A DNA stretch of 62,250 bases, the filler included, from Circinaria calcarea (Eukaryota): the NCBI GenBank assembly GCA_051942165.1. It is 8 parts of 8 records of this genome, joined end to end, with 100 filler letters (N's around TTAATTAATTAA, not from the genome) between each part and the next. Parts side by side here need not be neighbours in the genome. Positions count along the whole stretch, not along the records: positions 15,606 to 23,306 come from JAVECS010001267.1; positions 23,407 to 31,102 come from JAVECS010001268.1; 6 more parts are not named here. One strand, 5' to 3'. The notes beneath the pieces were generated by a model, which did no database searches, had not been told where the DNA came from, and saw nothing but the letters and a program-made list of their open reading frames with translations. Positions 17,401 to 30,409 of this stretch are shown piece after piece. A program made the position numbers and the translations under genes. The first letter of the stretch is position 1; each line of letters begins with the position of its first letter.

Positions 17401-18505
17401 CTTATTGGTTTTGCGCCCAGGAGGACTGGTTGTCGACAAAATCAAAGGCTGAGGCTGAGAAAAACCGTTGAGCCTCGTACGAAAGTAGAAGAAGGCGCGT
17501 CACTGGCGTTTTCGCGGAAAACGTATCGCGATCGATTAATTGGGCGCTACGACGAAGTGAGGATAGACAAAGGGTTCAAAGGAGTGACAAAGAATGAATA
17601 AGAAGATGTGATGACAACGGCGGGAAGTTCAATTGCTCTTACTGCCAGCTGCTGATTACTTTTGCGATTGGGAAAATGAAATGTTGTTCGGATTATTAGG
17701 AAAAAGGGGAGGGTCGGGTTCAACGGACCGAGGAGCCGAGGTAAGCGAAAAGACGACGGAAGCGGCTCTAAACCGACGCTACTCCGTAGGCGGATTACTA
17801 CCGTACCGGTCGGGTGAATCACAAATGTTAGGGTGATTTCTGCGCAAGAATTATAATAGGCTCAAACCACACTCTCAAGCTTGCAGAATGAGCCGAAATA
17901 GTCAGCGGAGGATGGCCTTAGTACTAGTCGTCTGTTTTCCCTAGACTTTCTTGTCTTTTTTGATGAGTACACAGAGGGTCCGTGGTCTCGGCTATTGCGT
18001 TTCTTCGCCAATCGCTCAAGCGCTCCAACGTCTCTTGTGACAACCGTCAAAGGTCGAGGTCAGCATATACAAACTATCGAGCGTCGTAAACGGAAATGCT
18101 GGCTCGTCTGGATTACGCCTGAAGTGAGGTAGATCCTTTTCCTTCACTTTACTCCCGAAGTCTGTGTGGGTTAGCACTTGCTCAACTCGTAGCTTCGATT
18201 TCAAATGTATTATTACAGAACGAACAATCTTTTTCTAGCTCTTAAGTTGCCTTTTAAGCTTTTGCTGCTATCCCTTTGATGACTGGTCTATCGATATATC
18301 TATTAAACAATAATGAAAGACAATTCAAGGCATATCCTCCTGTACGAGTAATGGTAGTGACAGTGATATAAGCGGTATATATGCTCGGAGATGGACCTTG
18401 AAGCTCCATATGAGCTATGCGTACACTTTACCATAGTAGCTCGAATATAACCCGAATCAAATAACACGAGAGTAAATCATAACAATATACCCTTGATCCC
18501 CCAAA

Positions 18506-20543
18506 CTACTTCCACTGAGCCTTGCCAATACGCTTGGTATGAGGCGGAACGCATACCTCGACCAAAGGGCTTATATCAGGTTCACACATCTCGAACGGTA
18601 TTTTAATCTTGGATTCCACAAGTCGAATTTCCAAGTCAAGACGTCGGTTGCCAGTCTTCCAAGTCAGAGTCAGCGGTTTACATTCAGCAGCACCCATGAA
18701 GGCCCATCTGGACGCAAGATATCGTTTTTGTAGCCGCACTTGACATAATACTCTCTGTTCTCCATCATCAGAGCCTTCAAATCTGTCATGATGTTGGTTT
18801 AGGGCCAAAAGAACGAGAGTAAGGTAGTAGTATCCGCCTTCTGCGGGGTAGTGGTCGAAACTGATGTTGACGGACAGAGGGTTACGAGCATCCTGTAACA
18901 TAGTTCAGCAAAGCAATTATCTTCCCTTTCCAGTCCTTACCCCTTTGAGTGGATAAACATCAGTTCTCGATCGAGTCTCTGAGTTATCGCCGATCCAGGA
19001 CAGACTGGATGTGCTGGCCAGGTCGTATACTCGTTCGCCGCAGACGAGGCCAAGGCTGTAATCCTCAAAAACAGGTCGGCGACGTAACCGAAGACATCCC
19101 CCATTCGAAACTGCGAGCTCTCTAGAGACAGGTCAGTTGTATGACATTCAACCCAGGAAGGAGATCCCTACGGATCTTGAGCGATGTGAATCTTCGTCTT
19201 GGAACAGTGATTGAGATACTGGGCCGCAGAGGGGAGCATCTCCGTGAAGGCGTTTCGTGCTTGTGCCATACGAAAGTATCCTCCGCAACCTACAAGATGA
19301 TTCTGTGTACAGTTAGTAATCTTCCAGCGACAAAACTAACGGCGAGCGGTGCTTGCCAGGGGTTTTTTGTAGGCCTGCATTGCCTTGAGAACGGCCCGCT
19401 GCACGCGAGCTATAGTCTCGTGAAATATATCTCGGAGATCTTCCCTATGTTCTACTCAATATCGATTTGCAGATAATCCCGGTACCGGTTTATTTACCTG
19501 GTTAATTCGAGCCACCCTTCTCTGATGCCAGCAGCCTCGCTGTCGATTAGCCTCTTTAAAGGAAATTTAGTGGACTCAGACCCATCGCCGTAACGTTTGA
19601 AGGTATACCATGCGTAGCTTTCTCGCAGATCCCGCGAGATTTTTGCGGCATCAAATTGAAGATCCTGTATGAGGGATAGTCGTTGTTTAACAAAGTCCTG
19701 GAAGGCAACATCTATATCAGTGGCACCAGTCGCTTTCCCCTGACAATTCCATTCAAGCTCGAATCGTATTGGATCATTAGCATCTGCAACGGCCCTTACA
19801 ACAGCAATATCAACAGTACCCCCGCCAACGTCACAAACCATCACACTCTCGCCGTCCTTCACCTTTTCCGCGATTTGCCCAGCGGCATATAGTGCTGCCG
19901 CTTGAGCCTCATTCGTTGACAAGTTCACCAAGTGGGACCTTTGGTCATTTTGATATCCCGCCGCGATTATGCACTCTCGAAAACTCTCAACATCTGCAGC
20001 CGTCCATGTAGTTGGCCATGTGAATCGGAATTCAATACGCATTGTATCCCATGATAGTTCAACTTGGCCTTTTAGTATCTCTACCTGCACCTTGTCGTGA
20101 AGCTTTCGAAGGTAGTCGATATACCATCGCCGTACCTCTGAATCAGACTTGGGAAGGTATGCCGCCGTTACTAGACTTGCCGCCTGGAGGTAATCCGAGT
20201 TCAGGTATGGTTTGAACCACTCCACTATCTTGGAGTGCTCTCCCTCGATCACTGTGTCCGAGCCTTCGCTAGCCTGAAAGCCCCATGATGTGAGATGACC
20301 ACCTGATGGACTCGAACAAGCCTCGTATCTGAGTACTGTGGGTATTTTCGTTGTGGCTTTGAATGTAGCTTTACCAGCCTCTTCCGCCCAGTCCAGCCGG
20401 TGTATCGTCTTGTGTGGTCGTCGGGTATACGCCACACCTAATACTTGATTAATTGATATACGTGTTTTCAGGTCATTTCTGTTACCTGTAGAGGTCATGC
20501 CCAAGTCAATGCTGACTACAACGTCCACGGACATTTTCGACAT
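18506..20543 (-). CDS. atypical Hsp70-family (HSPA12-like) actin-fold ATPase, ~594 aa
   Basis: Exons 20543-20486, 20437-19498, 19444-19357, 19302-19172, 19121-18941, 18892-18506 splice into one open frame. Motifs IDLGMTSTGVAY, TWPTTW, NEAQAAA, VCDVGGGTVDI, LVGCGG, PELAVSNG. Divergent C-terminal domain, no EEVD, no signal peptide. Confidence 0.88.
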
Positions 20544-20841
20544 CGCCCGTATGGTAAAGTGTATGGTTATCAAAAGCTGTATTTCCCGTAACCCGCCATG
20601 CATCAAAGGGTATTCTGGGTTAAAAGTTAGGCTGAAGAGGAGATAGATATATGATTATCAAGATATAAAGAAAACAGAAAACAGAAAAAACAAGTCTGTT
20701 TACCAATGGGTACGGTAGAACATCATTTAATCAAACATCCAATGCTGCAGCACAAACAACATTCCCGAGACCTCTCTCGGAAAGCAGCGCAAGCAATCTG
20801 GGGATCGTAGATCGAAGGACATTCTCCACATATCTGCACAA

Positions 20842-21210
20842 GCGCCGAACTCAGACTTCAAAGCATGGCCATTTTGGGTGAAATGTTGCAGCGGTATGCA
20901 ATTATATTTCTTTGTCCTTTCGATCTGCTGTCCCCTATTTTGTCGCTTCACGTATGCGTACCAGCGCCGAATCCGGACTTGAGGGTAGGACGGTTTCAGG
21001 TGAGAGTGTTGCGGCAGCCTGCATCTTGATTTTTTGTTCCTTGGAATTGGTGTCCTGCAATTTTGACGCACCATATATATGCACCATCGTCGAAACCCAG
21101 ACTTGAGGGAAATTATGTTTCAGGTGAGAGTATTGCGGCTGACGGAGTTAAGATTTCCTTGTCATTTAATTCGGTGACTTTGTCTGCACGCCTCCGAATT
21201 TCACGTGGAG
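20842..21210. repeat. three degenerate ~123-bp tandem units
   Basis: Units start at 20842, 20964 and 21087; units 2 and 3 share GACTTGAGGG-N7-GTTTCAGGTGAGAGTRTTGCGGC; unit 1 is more diverged but collinear. Confidence 0.75.
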
Positions 21211-21504
21211 AAGTGACCTTGTTCTACTTCGCCCACATCCTTGGCGCTCCCTCCGATGTCTGCGCCGACACTGATAAGTGTTGAGCGACCCGAAACTCCA
21301 ACTTCAGAGCATCAAGACAGCTGGCGGTGACCGAGAGAAAAAAGGGGCTCTGCAGCGTTTGGCTGGGTTGAGAGTGGCAGGACCGCATGCAGAGTTTTCT
21401 TTGTTTTCCTGATATGTGCATGCCTTCAAAGTAAATTCACCCCATTTAAAATGAACAAGATCCACTCCATTCTACCACTCACCGAACATTAATCGTCATT
21501 CAAT

Positions 21505-22492
21505 ATGAATGGACCTCGTTTAGCAGGACTGCTTACCGGAGTGGCAATTGGCACATTGATCTTAGGCTGTCTGTTTACGTGGGTTATCACGTGGGCGATT
21601 GGCCAAAGGCGCCAAAAGCTCGCCCGGGACCTCGAAGCAACCAAGGCGGTCTTACGATCAGGTCGACACTACACTCTTGAACTCCTCGAAGATCCTCCCA
21701 GAGATCATGATGCCTTTCTAGCGATGCAACACTTGCGCATGTATATGCGGAACATTTCCGGACACTGTAGCGACAAATGCAGCATTTCATCTCCACCAAT
21801 ATCCGATTCACGGCTCCAAAGTTACCTAACCGAATTAAGTGGGGGCGACTATCGACTCTCGTCACAGAGCCTCCTAGAGCTCGTTCCAAGCTGGAAGCGT
21901 GCCTTTGTGAGCCATGTAGTTACCACTACGCTCATCGGTGCAATTACCGACCATGCAAAGTCACCGATGACCATATTGCATTCGGCGCTTTCTCCGGCAT
22001 TGACCGCAACGCGCCCGACTCAAGATCCTGAAGGTAGGTCCCAAATTCCTCCCTGGCTAAACTTGCTCCTCACTGTTCAACGCAGACCAAGAAGACCGAA
22101 GACGCGTTCTCGCTTTGATACGCAACTGCGTCAACACCGTACACGTTGTAGAGTCTAATGAGGAAGAAATCGATCGCCTCAAGAAGGTGTTGACTAATCT
22201 GATCGGAGAGGTATTCGGCTCCGCTGTAATCGATGATAAGGACTTTCAGGGATACCTGCGCTCAGCCTTTAATGCAGCGATTAAGCTGGGCTCCATCCTC
22301 TTGCATCATCCGGCAGAATTCCGCTTCGACTGGACTGCCGATGCGCCGGCCAGCGAGAAGCCAGTCACGATGTTCCCGTGGTTGTATCGGGTAACCGACA
22401 TGACGGGAGTAGTCGAAACGCAGCCATTACTCATTGATTCTGGGGCCGTCGCGCTCACAGCGGCGGGCAAAGCATTATACGTGGACCTTTGA
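21505..22492 (+). CDS. single-pass membrane protein of unknown function, 311 aa
   Basis: Exons 21505-22033 and 22086-22492 (GTAGGT...CTAAAC...CAG intron, frame preserved); N-terminal TM (LAGLLTGVAIGTLILGCLFTWVITWAI) then basic QRRQK; C-terminal AAIKLGSILLHHPAEFRFDW...VTMFPWLYRVTDMTG. Confidence 0.8.
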
Positions 22493-23306
22493 TCTGGGCT
22501 ACGCTAGCCGTGGGAGACCGAGTATTTGAGAAAATCAGCTGTTTAGCCACCAGTCGGTGCGGTCAGTGCTTTGTAGCTCACTCTTATAGGAGGAGGTGGA
22601 TTCATGGGCAGTGCGTGCTTATCCCCTGTATAATCATCGTTTGGAGTTCGAGAGTAACGGCTATTTTTCCAATTCATTGCCCCTGGAATATTCTCCATCA
22701 CCGTGAAGCGTGCTCCGTCGTGAACAAGGGCAGTGTAAACCAGTTGGTGGAAAAGGTCCGCGACCCCATAGTAACGGGTATGTAGATGATCTACCTCCGT
22801 TGAAGCAGGGTGGCAGGGTAGGAAGAATCGTAGAGTAGAAAAATCTTATTACGGGTGCGAGTATATCCGCGCTCCACAGTACACCATATCCCATCTTGCC
22901 CTCAGCGTGAGCTGTAAGTCACCGTGTTACCCTGCCCAGAAAGTCAAAAAGGGTAGAATATCCCAGGTAACCTACTTGACGAGTAAGCAATGTCTTCCAC
23001 TCCGACACGTCCAAGATTCATGCCTGTCAACCTCTACAGTTTCCATGCATTTACTTCCGACCAAGTTACCTGGAACATGTTGTGGCACAGGTGAAAAGTA
23101 TTATGCTATTGAGTACATGAATTCCACAGGAACATTAATGGTACAGCACGCGTCAATACACTGTCCCCCCCTTCTCTCCGCTTCCCTACTCATTGTCAAG
23201 ACCTCTCTGCCCAAGGCTTCTTGGCAAATCCTCCTCTCCCAGCTGCAACACCAAGGGTGGGCATGTCTTGGATTGCCTAGCGAGACGGGTTAGCAAGCAT
23301 GTCTGC

Positions 23307-23406
23307 NNNNNNNNNNNNNNNNNNNNNNNNNNNNNNNNNNNNNNNNNNNNTTAATTAATTAANNNNNNNNNNNNNNNNNNNNNNNNNNNNNNNNNNNNNN
23401 NNNNNN
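23307..23406. other. artificial contig-joining spacer
   Basis: N44-TTAATTAATTAA-N44. Confidence 0.99.
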
Positions 23407-23670
23407 GCTTGGGGTGAGGGATGGGTTGATTTTATAGAGTCATAGTTTTGTTAGATTGTGTCACGTCCGTTACAAAATAGAATTTTTTGAGAATAGAATT
23501 GAATAGCTAAGTTTATGGTGCTTTTTGTGTTCAAACTTTTCGGTTCTGGGCTCGCTTGTCTAGATATAATGCATGAAAGCTCTTGGGTACAATCGCATAA
23601 TATAAACAAAGCGCCTATGCCTTCTACCGTTCTTTTGCTTTCAAGCTCCCTCCTTCCACCATTCTAACGC

Positions 23671-25379
23671 TCACTCATCAAACTTGATCCCCTTGCCGCC
23701 ACCTACATCGATCATCCCGCCCTTGCTAAACGGGAAAGTCCGGTCAGTAACCGTCGACTTCCAATATCACAAATAAGAAAACATAGTACTTACTATGCAC
23801 CCTTCTTCTTTTTATTCTTCTCCTTTGTAAAATTCTTTCCCTTTGTAACAATCAAATCCTGATGCGCCTTTTCCGCATAGTCATACGGCACATAGGCATT
23901 CGACGCCAACTTCTCGTCGATCTTGACGTCTTGCGGAATGCGACTGAAAGGAGTGTTGTTTTTCTTAGCGGCTTTGGGTTTGGCATCTGGGGATTGAGAC
24001 CGCTTGCGCTTTTTAGGTGCCGGTTCTTTTTTGACAGCTGCAGGCGAGGATACTGGGAGAGGGACGGCGGTGGGGCCAGGGCTGGATGAGACGGAAGTGG
24101 ATGATGAGGTGGGGGAAGAACCGGAGGCAGAAGTTACTTTTTTCGCTGCTGTTACATTAAGAGTGGCGCTGGAGTCAGTGGAGGTTTTGCGGTCAGCCGA
24201 GTTAGGTTGGTCTGGGACTTTCAATTCCGCTCCTGATTTAGATTTGGATTTCGCGGCAGCGCGAGCATCAGATTCGCTGCTTGATGAGCTGGCACCTGAC
24301 GAAGACGAAGATGACTTGGATTTTGCCGGGGCAGACCTTTCGATGCTTTTCTTAGACTTTTTCGGAGCCTCGACGGACACTTTTGATATTTTTTCTGTTA
24401 CATTAGCCTTTGGCGGTACTAGTGCATCAGTAGCTTTCGTAGGCTCCTTAACACCATTTAATTTCTTCTTCTTCTTCTTCGCTGGTGCGGAAGCATCAGA
24501 ATCAGAATCAGATTCAGATTCCGAACTAGCGTCTGAGCTGGAAGCTGATGATGATGACTCGCTCGATTTGCGCTTCAGCTTGTTGACTAGACTTCCAACA
24601 GTAGACTTCGTGCTAGACGCCTTGGCAGCCAAAGCACCTTTCTCGTTATCTGCATCGCTGTCCGAACTAGACGCCGACGAAGACGCCGAGGACTTAGCCG
24701 CAGCTTTTGCCTTATTGCCAGAAACTTTGGATGTTGTGACCCCATTCACCTTGGTAGCTTCACCCTCGTCGTCATCACTGCTCGAGTCGCTTCCGCTACT
24801 GCTCGTGTTCTCGGCATCGTTTGCCTTCCCCTCCTCCAATTTCAATTTCTTCTTGACCATCTTGGCTCTCTTGGTCACAGCATCATCATCATCATCGCTG
24901 CTCGTCATCTCAAGCTCCCGTCTCTCTTGCCATTCCCTAAACCATTCCTTGTAAATCTTTACCAGGTCCGGCGTGCCTTTGTCAAGCTTCTCCCCGATCT
25001 CATCTTCCCAGCCATCAAGCTTTTTCCTAGCGTTGCGCTCCACTGTGAAGATCCGACAAGTACTATTGAACCCATACGAAGATAGGAAGGCTCCGACAAG
25101 TGTAAGTAATTTGGTTGGAGGTGCAGGCTTCATTGGCGCAGTAACGGCCTTGTGCTTGAGGAATTTGATAGACTGCTGACGTTCCTCTTCATCTCTTCGT
25201 CTTCGTGCCTCGTCAACAGGCTTGGGGTTTAGAATGGGATTTTCTTCATCGGGCGGAAATAGCCAAGCAGGTTGTGGTCGATCAGGCGCGTTCTTCTTCT
25301 TTCTCTTTTTTGGAGCTTCAGATTGACCGTCGGGCACTACCTTGGCTGCCTTTTCAGGCTCGACTGGATCACCCGACAT
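23671..25379 (-). CDS. SRP40: SRP40/Nopp140-like nucleolar phosphoprotein
   Basis: LisH-like LLTLVGAFLSSYGF, alternating Ser/acidic and Lys-rich blocks, SRP40_C domain PFSRI...AHQDLIVTKGKNFTKEKNKKKKGAY|KGGMID...IKFDE; intron 23793-23726. Confidence 0.92.
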
Positions 25380-25677
25380 ATTGGTGGTCGTGGTGGTCTG
25401 TACAATAACAAAGTAAAAAGGTCGAGAAACCGTTTTCCATGAAAAATTAAAATGTGTGACAAGTGAGCTTCGTAGGGCTTAGCTCGAATTGGAAAAGAGG
25501 CCAATAAGCTAAAGCTCCGCAAATACTCCGACCGGTTCATGTGCGAGTGTGCTGGGACATGTCGCTGATGCGCTGAACTGTTACAAGAATAATCCTACTT
25601 GTTAGCCAATCTGCTTAGCTGCACTTTACATATCAGATGAGCGATCAATCCGGCTACGTCAGAAGACCCAGTCTATC

Positions 25678-28600
25678 ATGACTGTTAACCCCCAGTTTCA
25701 ACGTCCGCGCGGCATTCCCAATGGATCATCAACAGAGCCTTCCCAGGCCTCAAGCGCCGATGTCTGTAACGGAGGCGTGGGGGGCCTATCGGGGTCAATG
25801 AGTCGCGCAGAAAAATTCGAGGATGAGAAGAGGCGCATCATCGAGAGCTGCTTCGGGAGAACAGACGCCGATGGATCAGGTATACCACTCTTTCTACGGG
25901 AATTTTTCCATCTACCACGAAATTCTGGCAAGGTACACGTTGAAATTGAGACCATGTTGGACTCCGGTGGAATAACTCTATTACATGTAGCGGGTGTTTG
26001 TGAGGTGGAGGGAAAAGCGCTCATGACAAGATGTTTACTGACAGCCGGGCTGCGTAATAGTATCCGAATCATACATCACACATATACGAATCGTCGAGGA
26101 TGCAGCTTTTCCCTCATCTCCTCCCCCGCCCCAATCGCCGGAAGAAAACAAGAAGCCTCGGATCGTCATTGTAGCAGTTCGGAAGTCCGGTCGAGTGCGG
26201 ATGCATAAGGCGAGAGAAAACGCCAATGGATCTTTCTCAATTGGAAAGACCTGGGTTCTGGACGATCTTGCAGCTATCGAGTCCTTTGTGGGAACTATAC
26301 CAACATCCCGCGAAGAACAGCAAAGGAAGGAGTGGGCAGGGAACGTAGGCTTTCTTATAACCATTCAAAAGCCGTACTACTGGCAAGCAAGCACGCCGAA
26401 AGAGAAAGACTTTTTCATCGGAAGCTTAATTAAAATCTACAGAAAGTATACTGGTGGAAAGGTGCCAGAACTCTATGGCTTCAGTCAGCAAGAATTGGAC
26501 CACCTCACAGGAGTACCTACGCAGCAGCCAAAGGCGCCACAAGTTCCATCATCCCGACCAAGCCCCGCTCCTGTGTCTTCAAAATCTTCCTCATCAGAAC
26601 AAGCACCCATATCACAGCCTGCACTGCATCGAGATGCTAATCGCGAAGCTAGCCGTGAACCAAGGCCATACCAGACAAATACATCACATTCCCGAAAGGG
26701 TGATAGCCAGGAGCGTGAAGTTTCAATTCCAGGACAATTCCCGACGTCCGACTTTGTGCGTAACTTAAGGCCACAGGACTCTAGATCTCGCTTTCAAGCT
26801 CTTCGAACTGATTCTCACTCAACCTTGGATACGCGGAATGATAGTCCTGGGCCTCCTTCAACAGAAGACAGTAGGAGTCTGCGCTCTTTAGGCGGCACTC
26901 AAAGCACCGAATCTTTCTCAAGCAGGCGGGACCAGCAAGGCCACCCTCTTCCACCAAACTCGAATCCTAGCGTAGAGCGGCTGAGGACAAACGGCGTATA
27001 TCCGATCAATACTCGAGGCGACTCACCGAGTCGGCAAGGTACCAGGTCACCTGGGAGTCCTATACCAAGCGTCCCAAGAGTTGGCACTCCTCCAGCTTTA
27101 CGGCAAAAAAATGAGATAATTCCTGAAAGGAAACGCCCACCAATCGTGATTCCTAACAATCAGAGTCAGAGGAGTCTCAATGTAGAATCTCCACAGGACT
27201 TTGCCACCCCCACAGCAACCTCTTTCAGAAGCAAGCCCTCTACTCCGATTCTAGATGATCGGTCCCGCCTCAACTTTGTGGACAGCATAGACGAGGAGCA
27301 GCAGAAGCCCTCCAAGGAGTATTTTCCAAGACCAATATTACCAACTCCGGAGGACTCTGGTCCAAGCGAGGCTTCAGAAGCTGTGAATACAGAACCAGCT
27401 GTCCTTATCGATGGCCAGGGGTCTACTCAGCCAGTATCGAAACCCGCTACACTTACCAGTCCTTCTTCTCCCGATCCTCCTATAGAAGAAGAGGTACATC
27501 GACCTGGCCTCGGTCCGATGATCAAGAAAAAATCGACCAAGGAGATTGCCGACGTGTTTCGAAAAGCTGCAATTGCTCACAACGCATTCAAACCTCGTGC
27601 AGGGGGCGCTGCAGACAAAATCAAAGGGGAAAGTGTGAAATCCCCTAATACACCCGATGGTATTAATGGGGTGTTTCCTGCACCTTCGTTCCTCCGAGAT
27701 TTGCGCCAGGAAAGTGCAGGTCCAACTCCTGTTCAGACACCTACAACTGGACAATTTCCAGCTGAACCAATTAAAGTATTGCAGCCAGAGCAAGTCAATA
27801 ACCTACCAGAAGTTAAAGTTACCGCATCTCCGGCTATTACGACCACCCTTCCCGAAACCCCGACCTCGGAGATACCACCGTCTGTTAGCCCTTCATCGCA
27901 GCGACCTGAGAGCACCGATAGCAGTCCGCAAGAAGAACGTCGCCGAAGACGTCCGTCCCAGCATTCGGCAAAATATGCCAAGGCTCTAGGAATCGATCCC
28001 AGTCTCCTCGAAGGTCGTACGTTTGATATCGAGTCGGTTCTTAGTGATTTTGGCTGGGGCGAAGATGGGAGCGAGAAGAAGTCATACGATGACCTTCAAG
28101 CCGAGATTCGAAGAGATCTGGCTCGAGTTGAGACTGGAAGCTGGCTGGGGAATTTCGAACACAATGATGAGCGGGTTGCCGTGGTCGGAAAGTTGTTGGA
28201 CAAAGCCATCGCCGAGTGTGAAGAGCTAGATGGATTGCTAACCTTATATAATGTTGAGCTCGGAGTAAGTCAAAGTTGCCAAAGCCAGGTTGTCACATCG
28301 CTAACACCCTACAGACTCTGAGTGAAGATGTTGCATATATTGAAGCTCAGTCGCAAGGACTGCAAGTGCAAACTGCAAATCAGAGACTATTACATACTGA
28401 GCTACAAACACTTCTGGAGACAATTTCCATCTCATCATCCCAACTTCGGGTCCTCAAGGATGCATCTTTAACTAAAACTGAAGGTATACAGTCGGTTGAA
28501 ACCGCGCTTGTACAACTTTATAAGGCGATGTTGACCATCGACCCAAAACTTCGTCAAAATGGTTCCCGACCCGATTCAGATAATCGCAACAGCACAGGAG

Positions 28601-30409
28601 ACAGAATAGGAAACGAGATTAGTACCATGCGAGCGGTCCAAGAGAAAAGAGAGGGATATCGGAGGGAAAGTATAGACTTTGTACGAAGGCTAAAGCAGCA
28701 CCTGGATGTTAAGTTCCACGAAGTTGAATTGGAGATGTCCAGCGTAATCCAGAGAAGTCGCTCTGGTGCGCTTTCAAGAAGCTCTACTAAACTAGATGTT
28801 CGTTTACGCGATACAGCCAGGGCCAAAATCTGGGTTTACTCGCCCTTCATGTTGTTTGCTCGTGAAGTCGATCCTTTTGAGTGGGGAGAAATGATGCGAG
28901 TGTATGAGAGTGCGGTTAAAAAATCATACCAGGAAGAGTTTCGAGACAATATATCAGCTTGGAAGCGCAATGTTAAGAAGTCATCCGGCGAAGAGCAAGA
29001 GACCCTCTTCACTACGCAAGAAAAGGATAGTGAAAGTATTGTTTCCCGCAAACTAACTGTCAAGCGAACCAAAACAGTCAGAACAGATGGATCGACTCGA
29101 ATAGCAAGTGGTGAAAAGCCTAGAGCTGGAGGCATTACCGGCTACGAAGCCTTTGCTGGAGCGCTGTACGATATGGCGCAATGTATTTTTGTTGAGCAAA
29201 ACTTCCTAGTCGACTTCTTCCACGTTTCTTCGCTTGAGAATCTCGATTTCCCGGATGCCGTTGCAGCTGCACCCCCTGAATCAAGAAATGACAGGAACCT
29301 GCTTGAGAAGAAGCTGTTCGACCCGGACCGCCAGATGGCTAGGCGTGTAGAGGATATAATGGATGATATGTATTCATTTTGGCCCTCGGAGATGGAGGAA
29401 CTTGTTGATATGATTGTCAAGCAAGACGCACTGTAAGTCTTCAAGATAATTCGGTCCATACAGTATCTAATGGTTCTCTAGACAAGGCGTAGGTGTGCTG
29501 TTTGCCCTGGAAACCAAACTTGCAGAATTGGAAGACACCAACCAGGACTACCTCACACAGACGCTCTCGAAGATCTTAAGCAAACTCACAAGCCGTTTTG
29601 ATCGGTTCGTAGACGAACAGATCCGAGCCATCGAGGACACAAAGGTCAAAATTAAGAAACGCAAGGGCGTCATCGCTTTTATGAAGACGTTTCCCTACTT
29701 CTCTTCCACAGTCGAGAATATGCTTCCCAGTCCTCGCGCCAACCGTTTCGAGGTTCGCCATATGGTGAATGAGGTTTACTCCCGAATCAACAAAGCAATG
29801 TTTGAGAGTTTGAAATTTATCGCCAAAGAAAGCCCTGTGATACAGAAACAACAGGCAGCAACAGTTGGAGACACGGAAGACAAGGAAATACTCAACTACC
29901 ACATCCTACTCATAGAAAATATGAACCATTACGTCGAAGAAGTGGAAGTTCGTGACAACCCCATCCTCGAAGAATGGAGAACCCGCGCCGTGAACGAAAT
30001 GAAAGAACACATGGATCTCTACCTCAACGCCGTCATCCGCCGTCCTTTGGGGAAACTCCTCGATTTCCTCGAATCCACCGAATCCTTACTCGCCCACTCT
30101 CCGGACGGAAAAGCCATTGCGACCCGCGCATCTCATTCGCGTTCTACCTTTAAAAAGTTACTCTCCATCTTTGACGTCAAGGAAATCCGCCGCGGCATCG
30201 AAACCCTAAGGAAGCGAGTAGAGAAACATTTCGGTGACGCGGATGATCCGGGATTGAGTCGGAGTCTGGTCCAGAAGGTTCTGCGGGAGTGCGAGGAGGA
30301 GTATGGGCGGATCTATGAGCGGACGGGGAGGATTGTACAGGAGGTTTATGAAGCGGAATTGGAGATTGAATTCAAGAAGGAAGACGTCGCTACTGCATTT
30401 AGGCGATGA
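25678..30409 (+). CDS. SEC3: exocyst complex component Sec3
   Basis: MSRAEKFEDEKRRIIESCF, ESYITHIRIVED, HKARENANGSFSIGKTW (PIP2-binding domain), long Pro/Ser linker, DIAYIE-like EDVAYIEAQSQGLQVQTANQ, NYHILLIENM; three introns (first 25880-26060). Confidence 0.96.

Noticed and set aside
19095..19105. Suspected frameshift in the Hsp70-like gene at a G homopolymer
   Set aside because: Recount gives five G (AAT GGG GGA TGT), so the frame is intact.
22600..23306. Possible gene fragment at end of contig 3
   Set aside because: Only short protein-like stretches with no consistent exon chain or motif.
24004..24954. 316-aa plus-strand ORF
   Set aside because: Antisense shadow of low-complexity SRP40.
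25880..26060. Intronic snoRNA in the long first SEC3 intron
   Set aside because: No convincing C/D box pair or terminal stem seen.
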